Source: Octopus vulgaris (Eukaryota). From it: a DNA stretch of 64,000 bases. The stretch is taken from positions 209,684,001 to 209,748,000 of the forward strand of contig OX597815.1 of assembly GCA_951406725.2 (NCBI GenBank). The letters are read 5' to 3'. The position numbers were made by a program, and so were the translations under genes. Shown here in pieces: positions 25,811 to 41,461 of the stretch. Numbering within the stretch: position 1 is the first letter of the stretch; every line of letters starts with the position of its first letter. The notes under the pieces are model-generated. The model saw only the letters and a list, made by a program, of their open reading frames with translations, was not told the origin of the DNA and did no database searches.

Positions 25811-26097
25811 CAAACACACACGTACACACAAACACACACGTACACACAAACACACACGTACACACAAACACACACGTACACACAAACACACACGTACACA
25901 CAAACACACACGTACACACAAACACACACGTACACACAAACACACACACATACGCGCAAGTACACACAAACAACAACATATTCAAACACTCAAACATATG
26001 AGAAAAATGTTTAAGGAAAACAATGGTAAAATATTTATGCATACATACATACATATATACATACATACATACATATATACATATATACATATATACA

Positions 26098-26131
<34 letters not shown>

Positions 26132-26141
26132 CATATATACA

Positions 26142-26175
<34 letters not shown>

Positions 26176-26320
26176 CATACATACATACATACATATATAC
26201 ATACATACATACATACATATATACACACATACATACATACATACATACATACATACATACACACATACATGCATACATACATATATACACACATACATAC
26301 ATATATATACATATATATAG

Positions 26321-26367
<47 letters not shown>

Positions 26368-26603
26368 CATACACATAGACATACATATATATATATATAT
26401 ACACATAGACATACATATATATATATACATATATACATATATACATACACATAGACATACATATATATATATATATACATACATACACATAGACATACAT
26501 ATATATATATATACATACATATAGACATACATATATATATATATACATACACATAGACATACATACATACATACATATATATACATACATACATATACAT
26601 ACA

Positions 26604-26637
<34 letters not shown>

Positions 26638-26810
26638 CATACATACGTACATACATTCATACATATATACATACATACATACATATAGACATACATACAT
26701 ATATATATACATACATACATACATATATATATATATACATACATATAGACATACATACATACACATATATATATACATACATACATATATATATATACAT
26801 ACATACATAC

Positions 26811-26881
<71 letters not shown>

Positions 26882-26888
26882 TATGTAT
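25764..26888. repeat. Compound satellite: 18-bp CA-rich minisatellite, then ~800 bp (ACAT)/(AT), then (GT)n
   Basis: Direct; source of the 143-360 aa low-complexity ORFs. Confidence 0.95.
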
Positions 26889-29439
26889 GAAACGACGAAG
26901 GTAGAGAGACGGCAGAGAGTTAATGAAAAAAAAAAAGAAAAATAATGAAGTTAAAAATAGAACGTCGGTGAATTTATGAAGTTTGTTTGAATTCCGCTTG
27001 GGGTAAAAATATCTGATTGTGATTCAGCAACATTCTTCTTTCATCATTTTCTTTAATCTATTTATTTTTTATTATATATTTTTTTTTTTTGTTGGTATCA
27101 ATTTTCTTCTGTTTGTGTGGTTGATGTTGGTCTAAATTTTATATAGTCGTACTTGACTAGCCAAAGGGAAGTAACTCTTTTTTTTTTTATATATTTGTCG
27201 GCTGATATATTTGATATCTGTGGTGTTAGAGTCGTAAGTGGTGGAGAATAGTCTGAGAGAATATTGGTTACGGTGCTGGTCTGACGTAAGTGAGCAGAAT
27301 GTGGGTACTGGTGTTAGGTGACAGCAGTGGTAGAATGGAGTGGGAGTGAAAGCAAAGGAAAGAAAGAGAATAGGGGAAAAAGAGAGAGGAAAATCAGAAG
27401 AGAAAATTAAAAGGAATATAGAAAACGAAATAATAAAGTAAAAAATAAGTACAAAGGAAAAAATCGATAGAGAAAAATAAAGAAAGAGACGAAAAAGAAG
27501 AAGAGAATGTTTTGTTATATATTTACTAGTTTTATTCTTTTAAACGTATTTTTCACCCGTGAAAGTAAGGAATCATTATCGACTCTGAATATTAACGATT
27601 CCTTACGTTTATTTACTTATAATGGAAATAAGTGGAATGAGAATGGGTGCTATTCATGCCTTTTCAAATTTGTTAGTGACGTAAATAAACTGAAATGGTC
27701 GCAGACTGGAAATGTAATATAATTCTGTAGAAACACTCAGCTTACAAAAAAATCCGAACATAGTCTAAAGACTTTTGTCCGTTTCAGCACCTCATGGAAA
27801 GAATGAAATAATACTGAAAACTAACCGAAGTACTCTAACCAGGAATCAGACCTATTTCTGTGTGGAGGAAGTTAAAAACACCAGTTTGATCAACCCCAGT
27901 ACATTACAGTTATGTTAAAATTTAAAATCTTGTCTCGAACCTACAATCATACTAGGCCAGAGCTTATCCTTGTTTCTTCGATGTTTAAGCTACTGAGAGC
28001 TCAACACTTCTCTCCACTTGCCAGTTCGTTGCAGGTGTCACCAGCATTCATTTTCTGCTTAGTGAACTGGAACAACGAGAACCGCTGTACCTTGCTTGAA
28101 GATACACCACGTGCCACAGGAATCGAACACACGATGTAATGATCGGGTTCCAAACACCCAAACCACTGAGCCATATTCCTGTTGTGGATTCGAGGCAACG
28201 AGTAACTATGTACACTGTCATTTGCATTTTCTACAAAGATGACCTATATTTCTCTGAGAGCGCGTTAAATTGTTTCAAAAAATGACACAATAGAAAATAT
28301 ACTTCTAGACATAATTTACCGGAAAACAATGCATTTAGCATAGCTGAATTTCCCTTGATTATGGGGCTTCTTGTTTATGAGCTGAACATGGGTTAAACAA
28401 CAAAAGTAACAGTTGCAAATGAATAATACACGTTTGATCAGCTTCGGAATTAATTTCGTGAATTATTTAAAATCTGAGATATTCTCATCCGAATCATCAT
28501 CATCATCATCATCATAACAACAGTCATCTTCAAAATCATTCTCCTTATTCCTCCTCATCTTTACCATCCCAACATAATTTTAATATCGAAATTTCTATGC
28601 AGACAAGGATTTGACAATTGCACTACATATCACTCAACATAATCCCTTGGTGATAGCTTTCTTTATGTAGCCCAGTATTCTAAGACCGACCCACTCTCCT
28701 TTTCATGTTCTCAAAATCCTCCCATACTACGCGGCATCGCCTTTCCAGTACATTGCACTTTTTCATGTAGCACCCCTCTGCGTATAAGAACCGTCACATT
28801 TAACACCTCTATACTCTCTAAATCTAACTGTGCTCTATGATTCCTGAAAGATTATATTACTTCTAAAAAATATCAATTTTGATTCATGTAAATTCACAAA
28901 TACCACATTTTTAAGACTTACGTTTCTCACTGTTGTGCAGCATTATACACAATCATTGCTGGCATGCATTTCAATATGGTAAAGTATACCAAAGTAACTG
29001 GTCTAGATATCATACGTAAAGATTAGTCAAAATATTTATATTCTCAAAATCCCTTCTGCAAGAAACTTCGTCAGGAAGTATGTTAATTTAAAGCTTGAAA
29101 TACTGAGAGAATTAAAAACTAATAGATTTTTCTGTAAACTTAGGAAAATATTTTCCAAGAATTAAACTCTGTAATAAATAATAGCAATAAATATGAAACC
29201 TTGAGATCATAGATTTAATGGAAGTGGACACTAACACGTGTGCGAAACTATATTTGCAACAAACATGATAGTCACTAAGGAAATCGAATACTTTTCCGTT
29301 TCGACTCGCATAAGAATATCAAAACCCTTGCTTATAATATAGAAAAGGGTGGAAAATAAACAAAAAGATATTTGAATAGTTAATGAAATAAAAAAAACGA
29401 CAACAACCAGAAAGAAAGGAAATTGCAATTGCAGAAATG

Positions 29440-29915
29440 TAACACAGAATGTTGCTCCCAAGCAAGAACGGCTGGAACAAGACATCTTCGAAAAAATGGA
29501 AAACGACAACGAATCTTTGCAACCCAAATCGTTTTAATCAAAAATTAATTAAAAATAGAACAGAAATCCTCCAGCACCAGCAATAAGAAATATGGAATAA
29601 TTATTGGCGGTAATATGGAGAGCGAAGGATTCATTAAAACAGTGTAGCATAATTAAGATAGCTTCACCAAGAGATAAGAATATCTGAAAGGGAGAAAACT
29701 GATGAAGTGGTGTGAAAACAGGAAAAGTTAAAAATTACAATATTTGGAGCAGGAGAGAGATTGAAGGCATACCAATAGAAGTGGGTGTCCTTAGGTCAGT
29801 AACAACTAAATTACAAACCTCGCTTATGAAATCTGGATTTGTGATACGTACTAAACTTCTTTGGAAGACATCCCTATAATAAACAACTTAGGTTCTGAGA
29901 AAGACTTGTGAAATA
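29440..29915 (+). mobile_element. Decayed RLE-type non-LTR retrotransposon 3' end (R4/Dong-like)
   Basis: IIKIASPRDKNI*K, IWSRREIEGIPIEVGVLRSVTTKL and LLWKTSL..TT.VLRK resemble IID.A.P.D.NI..KE.EK, P.VIGALG and LQK..LLGTA.ILRK. Confidence 0.6.
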
Positions 29916-32470
29916 TAAAGGAAGAAAGAAAATCTGATAGTATCTTATCATGACTCAGTTTTTCAACACAAATAACTAGCATCAGCTGGATCTTTCGAAA
30001 CGGTAGTTATGATATTCTCTATTTTCCAAAAGGATACATTTATACCGAAAATATACATGGCGATCTAAGGATGACGGGTAGTGTACATGAGATTTTATTT
30101 TTCACATCTCCGAGACCGATGGGAGAAAGGGAAGTCGTTTTCCTAAACTCTGAGACCTGAATTGAATGCTTATAAAAGTTAAAATTTCTCTGAGGATATT
30201 CAAAGATCAAGTGGTGGTGTTACAACGTGCAGTAGATTAAGTATACCAACTAAGAATTTAGAGCATCAAGAGCCGGTAGATTTTTGCAGTCTGTTTTTCT
30301 AGCCATTCCCAAACATCCACTGTCCCCAAAAGGATGAAGATAGTAGATGACTTTTACTGGATTCGAACTCAAGCAGAGAGTTGGAAAATATAGAGCAAGA
30401 CGTTTTGAACAACGTCCTCACAACTCTGCCAATATGCTTTCTTTTGGTGGTAGGGAAACCTCTTGAGCTATTCTGCGTATGTATGCAGAGGAAATGTTTG
30501 CTTTTGTTATTGTTGTCATTCTGTTGCTACACGTGCCGGCGTTGTTGTGGGTGTGTCGGTGGAAAATTGTTGCACTAATATTACTAAAGAAATTTACCGC
30601 TCTTTGAATATGCATGGAAATTATGTCCACTTTAAATTCACCAGATTGTAATGAGAATTCCATGTAATGTATATTTGAATTGCGTTATGCTAATTTAGAA
30701 AGGAAAGGAAATGAAAGTGAGAAAGGAAACAAAGAGTGGAATGATATAGATCAGTTGATGGAACAATAAATACAAAAGGTCTTTATTAAGTTCATGGTTG
30801 TTTGACAAAATAATCGATCCATAAGCTAACCTTTGCCATCAGAATGAGAATGCTAATTGATATTATTAATTTGTAAGATGTCCTCGTTCATACGAAGGAA
30901 TTGAGAATGTTTTGCTTATGAGAGATTTAAAATTCGTTCGAGTAAGACAGTAAGGCTAAAATGGCGTTCTATTATTAAACTGGTGTGATAAAAGTGGGTT
31001 AGTTTTCTTTTAAATACTTGATATAACTTTAAAACCCCGATTTCTTATCCAACATCAAAGCCATGCCTTCTTGAGATTGGTTTGCCTTTAAATTGGTTAT
31101 CTTTTCAGTCAGGACTTGAAAAGAGAGAATTGGGTGAAGGTTCTGCTAATCTGCTTCTGCATTATGATCAAATACTCTGTAACGTCTGATTAGAATATTC
31201 CTTCAAATAAAGTCTCATCAGAACGATGCAAAAATCAATAATCAATACTATGCAGCTCGGATTTTGTTTAGTATGACATAACATCTGTGAATTGGCTCTC
31301 TTTTAAACTATCACTTTTGACAGTTACGCAATATTTTACAGTATTTCCACATGCTGGCTTAATTTTAATGAGGTAAAGACTTAGTATACTTTATCATTAT
31401 TCTAATTGTAGGTGTTTTGAAGCAAAATCCAAATAGCTAGCTTTCAAGTCTTGTATCTGGCATCCGTTGATTATTAGCTATTTCAAAACAACTGAAAATT
31501 ATATAGTTTTTACATAATTAATTTAAAGAGACAAATCTATTCCTAAACCTTTTAAAGCTCCTAGATTAGAGCATGCGCAGAACGGGTTAAATTATTGCAG
31601 CTGAGTTTGAATGTAGATCATACAAGTTAAAATAGTCCCAATATGGATTGGGAGAGAACAAAACAAAAATGCATTTCTGGACATCAGGTAAAGAGATTAA
31701 TATGGCGTCAGAATATAAAGCACGGTGGGGTAAATTGGGAAGAAAACGGAAGTGCAGAAAGTGGGTTTCCGTGAAGGCAATATACATCCAGAAATTTGAG
31801 AAGAATACATATTATTAAATTAGAAGAAGTTGTGTAACTATACAGTTTGTCTGTCTTTCAGACAGGAATTTAGCTATTACTTTCTTTGAAGTTAAAATTA
31901 TTAAATTTCTTTTGATTTACGAGACGTAAGGAAGAAAATTCACTAGTGAAAATTTGAATTAAAATGGCAATGAGAGTGATATTTTTTATCTCAAAGTAGT
32001 TACATTACTAACAGGAAACATTCCCAACCAAAATTAAAATAAAAATCCAAAATCAGCTCTGTCTAGGGATCTTTAATTTGGCATGGAACTTTGGAAGGAC
32101 TTTGTGAAACTGAATTAAATGATAAACAGTCATAAAATATGCTAAGGCAGTAAGAAGATAATAATCTAAGACAGGCATCAATGTATTCACAAGAACATAA
32201 GATTATATATATATATATATACATACATATATATATATATATACTCGCACACATGCATACACAACAATTTCGCTAACTGAATAAGTGAATAAGAGAACCT
32301 CTACGTAGTTGTTCCTCTTGCAAAAGTAGTCGCTGACTCTCTTTAAAATCATTCCATACCATCACAAGCAACCAAAAATTAGATAATGTAGTTTTCTCTC
32401 TGAAGAAACAAAAGCTAAAACAAGATCTCTCTCTCTCTCTCTCCCTAAATATATATATATATATATAATG

Positions 32471-32504
<34 letters not shown>

Positions 32505-33401
32505 GGAAGAGAGAGAGAGAGAGAGGGAGGGAGAAGTTGTGTGCAGATAATCCAAAATACAGAAAAACAATGGTACTACAGGTTTACCAAAACTAAATGT
32601 GTAAAATGTATATCTATAAAGACAGAAATTCTCCTGAAAGATACACACCTGCAGTTTGACGAAACCACAAACGTTGTTGTCTTAAAGAATGATGCAATGA
32701 AATACTATTGAGGTATGTTGTACCCTTATAATAAATGCTACTTTGCACGCTTATGATCAAAATGTATTTTGTACTCGTTTCATGTGTGACAAGTTAGTTT
32801 CAGCGAATTGATATCCAGTCCATCCTTGCCATGAAATAGTTTGGAATGCATCTAAATACTAAACAATATAGGAACAAGGACTAGCATATTACGTCAGGGT
32901 CTTATATGTGCAATATGGCGAGTTGAAAATCTATTATCAGTGATTCTCCACGCGATTAGTTGGCAAATCTTTTAGTTTAATTTAAAATCTACAAGCAACA
33001 ACCGATAACAGGAGCTCTCTTAATATCACTCACTGGAAATTACATCAACGGGTAAAATCAACAAACACGTTTCGATCTTAGCAAAACTTTTCAGTGAAAA
33101 TTATTCAGTTCAGACAATAAAAGTTAAAAGAAATAGAGGAAGATAAATAAAAACAGAGGAAGAGTGCGGACGTTAAGAATAGTCGATTTTATTAACCCTT
33201 TAAGAAAGGAAAGTAGAGTCAAACTTGACAGAATTTGTAGTTAAAGGGATGTAACTAAATACCGCAAGGCATTCTGTTTGACACTCAAGTTCGAGTAATC
33301 TACTGCCTTCTTTCTTTCTAATGTAAACCCTATATATAAATATTTCACATACGTACATGTTAACATACAAAGATACACATATGTATGCATATACAAATAA
33401 A

Positions 33402-33450
<49 letters not shown>

Positions 33451-33551
33451 CAAGGACAGAGAAATGGCTGAATAATTAAGATGCTTGTTTTGCAAAAAAG
33501 GGATCCCAAGATTCGAACTATCTTGGTAGTTTTTCAGGCATATTTCTGTTT

Positions 33552-33751
33552 ATAGATTCACTTCATAATTCAAATTTAATTTGCCAAAAGCGACGAAAAT
33601 TTTTTCTCAAATTAAATGAAATTTAAATGTCGAAGTGAATCTAACAGTTTTTGTGTGTGTTTTTAAATGACTTATAAACACTTACTGCGCTGCAATTGTT
33701 TTTGTTTCAGCACACGATCTCAGATCAGCTCACTTGCTATGCAAGTCCATC
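33552..33751. mobile_element. Internally deleted copy of the 3.4-3.7 kb fold-back family
   Basis: 33620-33751 is the reverse complement of about 3434-3565; a short inverted arm is retained. Confidence 0.8.
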
Positions 33752-35377
33752 ATAATTTTTGTTTATAGTTATTATGATAATCTAGCACAAAAGCAACTAA
33801 CACTTGAATATTCTTTACATATGTCCAGCTACCAATCTCTCGGTTCATTTAGTAAACGAATTATCATACATCGCAGTAGCATGATTTTGCATCTACGATT
33901 AATATAATCGTTATGAGTATCTATCAATTATTTTCAACTATTAAAATTTATACTACGATATATGTAAAGACTGCTTTAAAACAAAAGCTATAACGTAGCT
34001 TTGAATAGTATATTATTTTAGTCAGAATGATTATTAGAATCTAATGGAAAAAAGTTTGCTATTAATTTTAACAAACAGCAATAAAGGATAAATTCTTCTT
34101 TTTCTACTTTGAAGTAAACGGCGTGAAAAACAGTGTATATGGCTCTTCATCTAAAATGCAATAAATATTTTATATTTTCATTTGAAGTAATTTAATTTCT
34201 ACTTTTCTAAAACAGTATTATTCATTTATATATAGCTATTTCTCTATGGCATGTATCATTTGTATACAACTTTGTACAAAGAAAAGAAACGAAAAAACAA
34301 TGAACTTTGACACTAAAAAAAACATTAAGAATAAATATTCTTACATGCACATGACAATCAAATGAGGTTTATATTTCTTTTAAGTATGAAGTTAACAATA
34401 GACACACAGAGAAACAAAAGAAACGAAATCTCGTCCATTGTTGCCAAATTGTCTAAATTATTCTGTTAAATATTCCAAGGAAAATGTCTCAATTTAGGTA
34501 TTATTGATGTCCAACGCAGATAGACAAAAATGGTTTTATTTGTTCAATAATATTCAATAATGTCTTTTCCCCATTTACGTTTCTTTTCTTTTATTAAAAG
34601 CTTTTATATACATCTTTTATATGCTGGTAGGAATCAAACAGTTTAACAAATTCTGAAATTGTTTGACAGGATTTTGAAAAAGAAAATTAGCAACTTAGAT
34701 ACGTAAAAGAAATTGAAGCTGTGACATTTAAGTTTTCACCAAGGGCATTAACACTTTAAGTGAAATATATCCAACTGGGAATCAAAATAGCGACAGGCTA
34801 AATACATGATATGTCAAAGAATATATTTCATTAATAAGGTTGATGGATACTGCCTCACGGGAGCGTTCTGTATCCTAAATACACTTACAGTAGATTGTGT
34901 CACATATGTAATATAGTGATTCGAGAAATTTCGAATGACTTTATACTTGCAATAAAAGACAAAAATTACCTTTAGGCGTATTTAGAATTAATGAAGAAAT
35001 AATCAAGGGAGATAACTCGAATAATATCAGCGAATGGAAACTTTTGGAAAATATAAACGATGCTTTTAAGAGGGGAATTTGTCCTGAAAACCAGTTAGTA
35101 AAAACAACAAACCTGTTTAGATCGTTATATATCTCTATATATCAGTAGAAAAGTGTATTTACTTTAGTTGGGATTAATTGACTGACACCAATAGACTTAC
35201 CTTCATTACTCGTTGCTATTAGATTTTAAACACCCGTACAAATACTTTTTCTTTTCGTCTCCGAATAACAAGGTAACCTCTGTTAATCGAATTTTAAAAA
35301 ATTTCACCATATCATTGATACGAAACTGTGCCGTAGATGTATTCATCTTGCAGGACCCTTCCTCAGGAATTGCATTC

Positions 35378-35613
35378 ACTCTTTACTCTTTTACTTGTTT
35401 CAGTCATTTGACTGCAGCCATGCTGGAGCACCGCCTTTAGTCGAGCAAATCGACCCCAGGACTTCTTTGGAAGCATAGTACTTATTCTATCGGTGTCTTT
35501 TGCCGAACCGCTAGTTTACGTGGAAGTAAACACACCAGTATCGGTTGTCAAGCGATGTTGGGGGGACAAACACAGACAAACATATACACGCACACACACA
35601 TATATATATATAC

Positions 35614-35663
<50 letters not shown>

Positions 35664-35825
35664 GACGGATTCTTTCAGTTTCTGTCTACCAAATACACAC
35701 ACAAGGCTTTGGTCGGCTTGAGACTATAGTAGAAGACACTTGCCCAAGGTGCCACGCAGTGGGACTGAACCCGGAACCATGTGGTTGGTAAGCAAGCTAG
35801 TTACCACACAGCCACTCCTACGCCT
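35378..35825 (-). mobile_element. SINE family C, full length, internal (TA)n
   Basis: tRNA-like head aggagtggctgtgtggtaa...ggttcagtccc; CORE-like accttgggcaagtgtctt; tail gactgaaacaagtaaaagagt. Confidence 0.92.
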
Positions 35826-37992
35826 CATCTTTACTATTGCTATTCCTAATCCGTATCTCTACTTTTCTTCTGCTTCTCTACTGAAACACTTTTAAGTCTA
35901 GCCAAGTGAGGTAAATATATTTCTCTGTTGGATATCTATCTTATTGATCAACTGAGTCAAGAAGGAAAAATAATGTTGCTTAAATTCGCCTCCGGCATAC
36001 GCAGTAACATACATTCTGATTTGTCATTATATATTCAGTACTTTTGCCTGGATAGCTGTAAGACTTTTGTTTGTCGAAGCAATTGTTTTTGAAGTTTGTT
36101 GGCCGTAGAGTGCTAATCATTAAACCATGAAATTGGAACAAAACTTTTCAGTCAGTGAAACTAAGACAAATATTGCTTTATGTATGTTTTGCTTATGGAC
36201 AAAATAAAGTAGTTTGTAATTCCATAAAATCTGTTATTCGTTGCCTGCAACCATTTTACTGTGTGTTCAATATTATAATATGAAATAATTACTGAAGTGA
36301 ATGCACAAGGAGTCCATTATTGCTTAAAAGTGATATAAAGGAGAAGGTCCCAATTTCCTTTCTTTTTTTTAATTACAATAAATATTTTAATGTCATTAGA
36401 TTAGATATAATTAACCAAGTTAATCACACATTTCTGATTGGCCGGAAATATTTATATTCTTGGAAAATATTCCAATAGAGAAAAACATCTTGGTCCTTAT
36501 ACTAGCTAACTAACATTCCTCACTTAAGTTAATAACTCTAATGTTAATTGAAAGCCAAATGGCTTTTGAATTTTGAACATATAAAAGAATATGAATACGT
36601 AAGTTATTTTATGCATTTGTAAAAACGATTTTTAGTAATTTTCATTACGTTTGAACTTTCATATGCAAAATTACATGAGACGGAAATTTTAACAATTAGT
36701 AATAGGTTTGAAACCTTAACATTACCTCAAATGCAAAAACAATTATACATACATTTTCATACAAACTACGTAGTGGATGTTCGGTTGTTAAGAGAGGCAT
36801 ATTTGTTGTGAGACAATTTATTGAGTTTCAATGGCTACCACTGATAATATCAATAGCACAACTACCAACGTTTTTGAATAAACAGCTGTTGTTCTGGACC
36901 AATTTTTGCAGAAATCTTTAAGTCAAGATCGTACCGATATTTGACGCAACTTGAATTCTTCCAATAGATAATCACAAGGAAGTGCATATCTGAAAACGAT
37001 GCCATGAATAACATCGGCAAAGAGCAGAGGAAGACGATAAAGAAAGTAAGCAAAGCATTTTTAGCTGTCACTATAAAAAATTCGAAATTATGAAGTGCAT
37101 TTTTCCTTGGAATTATGTTCTTAAAAACTTTATCAATTGCGATACAATAGCAAAAACGATCCCTCTCTCGGCTATATGAGTAGAATGGAACTGTGATTGG
37201 CGAGCTTCAGAAATGAATAATTTCACAAAGAAAATAAAAATTCAGCAAGCAAGATTTATTGAATGCTTGAGAAATATTGTTGATTGTAATATTCCCCAGA
37301 GGGTAAACGGTATACAAGTAGTCGTTAATGAAATGCTTATCCAGCAGCGTGTATGAGAACACGTTGGACAACTGACTAGCCTCAGCTGGCCATCATGTCA
37401 GCTCTTAGTTAAGTTAATCATCCCTATGTATCTTCAAGGGATTATAGTACCAGCCGCGGTAATAAGTGTAACGTGAGCAAGACAGGGAGCAATATAAACA
37501 CCTGAAATATACTCTGATTATAATGTTTTAGAAAGAAGATTAATTGGTTTCCAAAAACGGTGGCTTCAAGGCAGATCTTATTTAATTAGAATTTGCAAGG
37601 AACACAGAAAACTGATGTTGGTAGTGTTTAAAGATATACGGTGGGTTTATTTAAATTGAATATTCCCTCAGTTTAGTATATTACAACACCTGTTTAAATT
37701 CCCTTCCCACAAATATTAAGCCGTGTCATGAAAATGATCAAATAAGCAAAATATAAACATTTAAATATCATAAGTTGACCAGAGGAGAGGGAAATAGCAT
37801 CTTCAGTTTACGGGAGCCCGTCAGCTAGGTAGGAATATTACCCAATATAAGTAGATAACTAGCTACACTTGTTGATCAACATTAAAACAAAGTATAAACC
37901 GGGTTTGAAGGCAACAAAACAAATTCTTGAAAATAAGTATTGATAACACTCACCCAAGTGCCAAAGTGTGTCAGTGAGAAACTTCTCCATAA

Positions 37993-38285
37993 TGGAAGCA
38001 CTCCGTCGGTTACGACGACGAGGGTTCCGGTTGATCCGATCAATGGAACAGCCTGCTCGTGAAATTAACGTGTAAGTGGCTGAGCACTCCACAGACACGT
38101 GTACCCTTAATGTAGTTCTCGGGGATATTCAGCGTGACACAGAGAATGACAAGGCCGGCCCCTTGAAATACAGGTACAACAGAAACAGGAAGTAAGAGTG
38201 AGAGAAAGTTGTGGTGAAAGAGTACAGCAGGGATCACCACCATCCCCTGCCGGAGCCTCGAGGTGCTTTTAGTTGTTTTCTCCAT
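37993..38285 (-). mobile_element. SINE family B, head missing, alternative tail
   Basis: Body matches 2474-2600; tail matches 48925-49070. Confidence 0.85.
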
Positions 38286-38479
38286 AATATGAGAACAGTC
38301 GAAAGAAAAACAATTTAGAAGAAATTTGGAAGAAATCAACAGTGTGCAAATAAATGAAAGGTAGGTTAATAAAAGAGTTAACAGATGATACGGATTCAAA
38401 CTTGAGAAAAATCTGAACTACTCTGAAATGAATGTAGCAAACATGTAGTGAAGTAGGATGAAAGTATCAGAAATATTAC

Positions 38480-39200
38480 ATCAAGACATACAACATCAAT
38501 GGAATGATTCTTGAGATTACGATAAAAAATTCAACGTAAGAAAAAACACTAGAAAGACTTTGTCAGCAATGTTACAGAAAAAAACCCCATTCTATTTGCT
38601 GTTATTTAACATCTTACAAACTCTCAAACGAGCTCGCCGGCATCGAAAGAATCAAGTTTGATACGAAAGAATGATGCTGCTAGTGTAGCAGGAAAACGAA
38701 CGACGTATTAAATACTGGACTCTTATGTATAAAAAGCATAAACGATTTCTGAATGTTTTTAGGGATGTGCTGAACATCTCTTAAATAACTAATCTATGAT
38801 ATGACAGTACGATGGTATAAGGGAAATTTTGTCGAAGTCTGATTAGATGACAAGAAAGAAATCGATTCAGTTCCGCACTCATGGATGCTATTGACCATTT
38901 GGTTGACTAAAATTCAGGGGCACTATAGTGAAATCCATGCATCATTTAATTTTAGTCTCTTCCATCAAGGCGAAGTGACTACATTGTCTCTGATAGAGTA
39001 AAATATCACGTGAGCGGTGGGGGTATATATTTCAAGTAAACAGGTTCACTGCTTTGCCGTTTCTACTTGCAGTGAATCTTTTATACATTTTTTGAGAAGA
39101 TACTGAAGTATACACAACTGTCTCAAAGTATATTAGAGATATATATGAGCAGTTTATTTGTTAAATATTTGAAGAAATGCTCAAAAATATGAACAAGAAA
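38480..39200 (+). mobile_element. Possible highly decayed hAT transposase remnant
   Basis: NDAASVAGK followed by GCAEHLLN, resembling YDxAxxMSGK...CxAHxLNL; the rest is unreadable. Confidence 0.3.
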
Positions 39201-39841
39201 TAACGATTTGAATGATTATGATATTCACAAAGGAAAAACGGTAGGCTTTCGCCAAGATAAATATTACTAGCTTATAGAGAAAAGAGAAACAATTACAGGC
39301 AAACTATCGTTGTCAGTATCTAAAGTCAAACATTTTTTCAGTATACGTCGATATACTGTCGATATACAGTGCCTATGAATAGATGATAGTATATCTTATG
39401 ATGACACATCTGAGACGGAACATGTAACCATACAAATATTGTGACAACAATTTTTTTTGTAACTCAATTGGATTCTAGATGTGATTTAGGCCATTAAAAC
39501 CAGAAAATTACCACCTACTATTAGAAGTTTCCACATCACCAGTGATGCTAATCCTGAAAGGAAAAGATGGTGGCATGAGTTTAACATTTATGGAAAAATC
39601 CTTTCTAACCACTAACCAGAGACCTATGGTCTCTCGATACAAAATAGTTCATTATTAGAATCATCAAAACACTGAGACTACTTATCCCAAATGTTGCCAT
39701 AAAAAGTATTCATGTTAAGTATGTTCAGCCATCGTTTTTCATTCTTCTTTTGATCATGCTCTTCTATTGAAATCAACTGACCTATGCGACCTACTTAAAG
39801 ACTCTGTCAAAACGCTACACATTTTAATATTTAAAATTACA

Positions 39842-40017
39842 GGTATTTCGTCTGTCTTTACGTTCACATTCTGTCGAGGTCGACTTTGCCTTTCATCTTT
39901 TCGGGGTCGATAAATTAAGTACCAGTTGCGTACTAGATCGATCTAAGTGACTGGCCATCTCCCCCAAAATTTCGGGCCTTGAGCCTAGAGTAGAAAAGAA
40001 TATATATGTATGAAAAG
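39842..40017 (+). mobile_element. 5'-truncated SINE-A (tail ii)
   Basis: TSD aatatt(ta/tg)aaattaca at 39826-39841 and 40018-40033 (15/16 match). Confidence 0.85.
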
Positions 40018-41316
40018 AATATTTGAAATTACACTTTTATCATAGATAAATTATTTAATCGTAGATTATAGAAAGGCTACATATATGTGTACTAGTAAAC
40101 AGTATTGTATCATTCGGTAAATAGCAGATATGCTAATGTTTCGAGTAGAATGTCTTGTAGTGGTGAGTTCAAATCTCACCTTTGCCCACCCGCTTCAATA
40201 ATAACTTGAATACATCACCCAATTTAATACTGTACTACATCCTGGCGCCTTCGGATCTTTAGGGAAGTCCATTCTGCTGCAGGCACCCAGGCTAGGTCTC
40301 CGGTTTAATACCTATCAACTCTTCTTTTAGGGTGTCTCCTCGATAAAAAGAAATTTGCATTAAAAGCATAAGTTAGAAGGACTGCCAAAGACTAACATTG
40401 ATAACGTGTATTTTATGTATACATATTCTTATGATTTGAACCTCATTCCGTGTGAAATTTGTAGATGCGCAAAATGGAAAATTTTGCAATATCTGATTGT
40501 AACGGTTTTAGTGACAAACGAAGATTATATCTCCTTACAATATTAAGTCGGTTGCAAGGTTTTAATATTAAGTCATTTGGTTAAAGCTAAATCAGCAAAG
40601 TAAGAGTTAAGGATAGCAATAAGATAAACCGCTATATTCCTGCATAGCGTTGGGAAAGTTTATAACAATTTCACTTCTTTTCTATAAACTGTATTTGCTA
40701 CGTTTGAATCTAACTTGAACAATTTGATTAGTGTGTAGCTCAATCATGGTTTTCTGTAATGCGGTGTCAAAATCAGAATGCACGAAATCTTAAAATCTCA
40801 TCTCTAACAAATATCAGAACCATATTTCCATATAAAACCAAATTTAATGAAGGCTGAATATTATCCTCTTTCCTCTTAAACCAATCGTAACTCATAACTA
40901 TATTATTTCAATATCTCTCTTAATATCTTTTAGCTTACTGAAGAGAATTTTTACAGCATCTTATTTGAAGTCGCTTATATCATCATTGAAAGAAACGTTG
41001 CAAAATGCGTCATGTTTTAATAAATCATCTGAGTTAACAGATGAAATGATTAATATTTCACAGCTACACAGGATCTTTAAATAATTATCCAATCACATAT
41101 ACATTTCATAGTTTAGGGCCCGCTTTTTGTACTTGCATGAGTTTGGCTGCTCATTATTGTCAGAGTCGGCATGTATTTAATTATGTATTTAATTACACTT
41201 CTCAGCTTGATATGCCATTAAAGGTTCAGTCAGGATTATTGTCAGAAGATACGTTAACGTTAGTGAACATCTTTTCTGGCTCAGTAACTGACATCCGCAC
41301 GATAACTGTCCGACGA

Positions 41317-41461
41317 TCTAGCGGATGGGGTTAGCATCACTTTCATAATATCATTTTCAAAATTCATCTTTCATTCTTTGTAATTGTGATGTTCTATGTC
41401 CCCAATGTTTGTAGTGTCCCCCTCTGTGTGGCCCCTCGTGGGTAATAAAGAAAAAGAAAAA
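41317..41461 (+). mobile_element. 5'-truncated LINE-like 3' end with SINE-A-type tail
   Basis: Perfect 16-bp TSD gataactgtccgacga at 41301-41316 and 41462-41477; ends gcccctcgtgggtaataaagaaa. Confidence 0.8.

Noticed and set aside
25746-26828. 143-360 aa ORFs (MYVC/HTYI repeats), likewise at 45.6, 50.1 and 62.5 kb
   Set aside because: Translations of microsatellites
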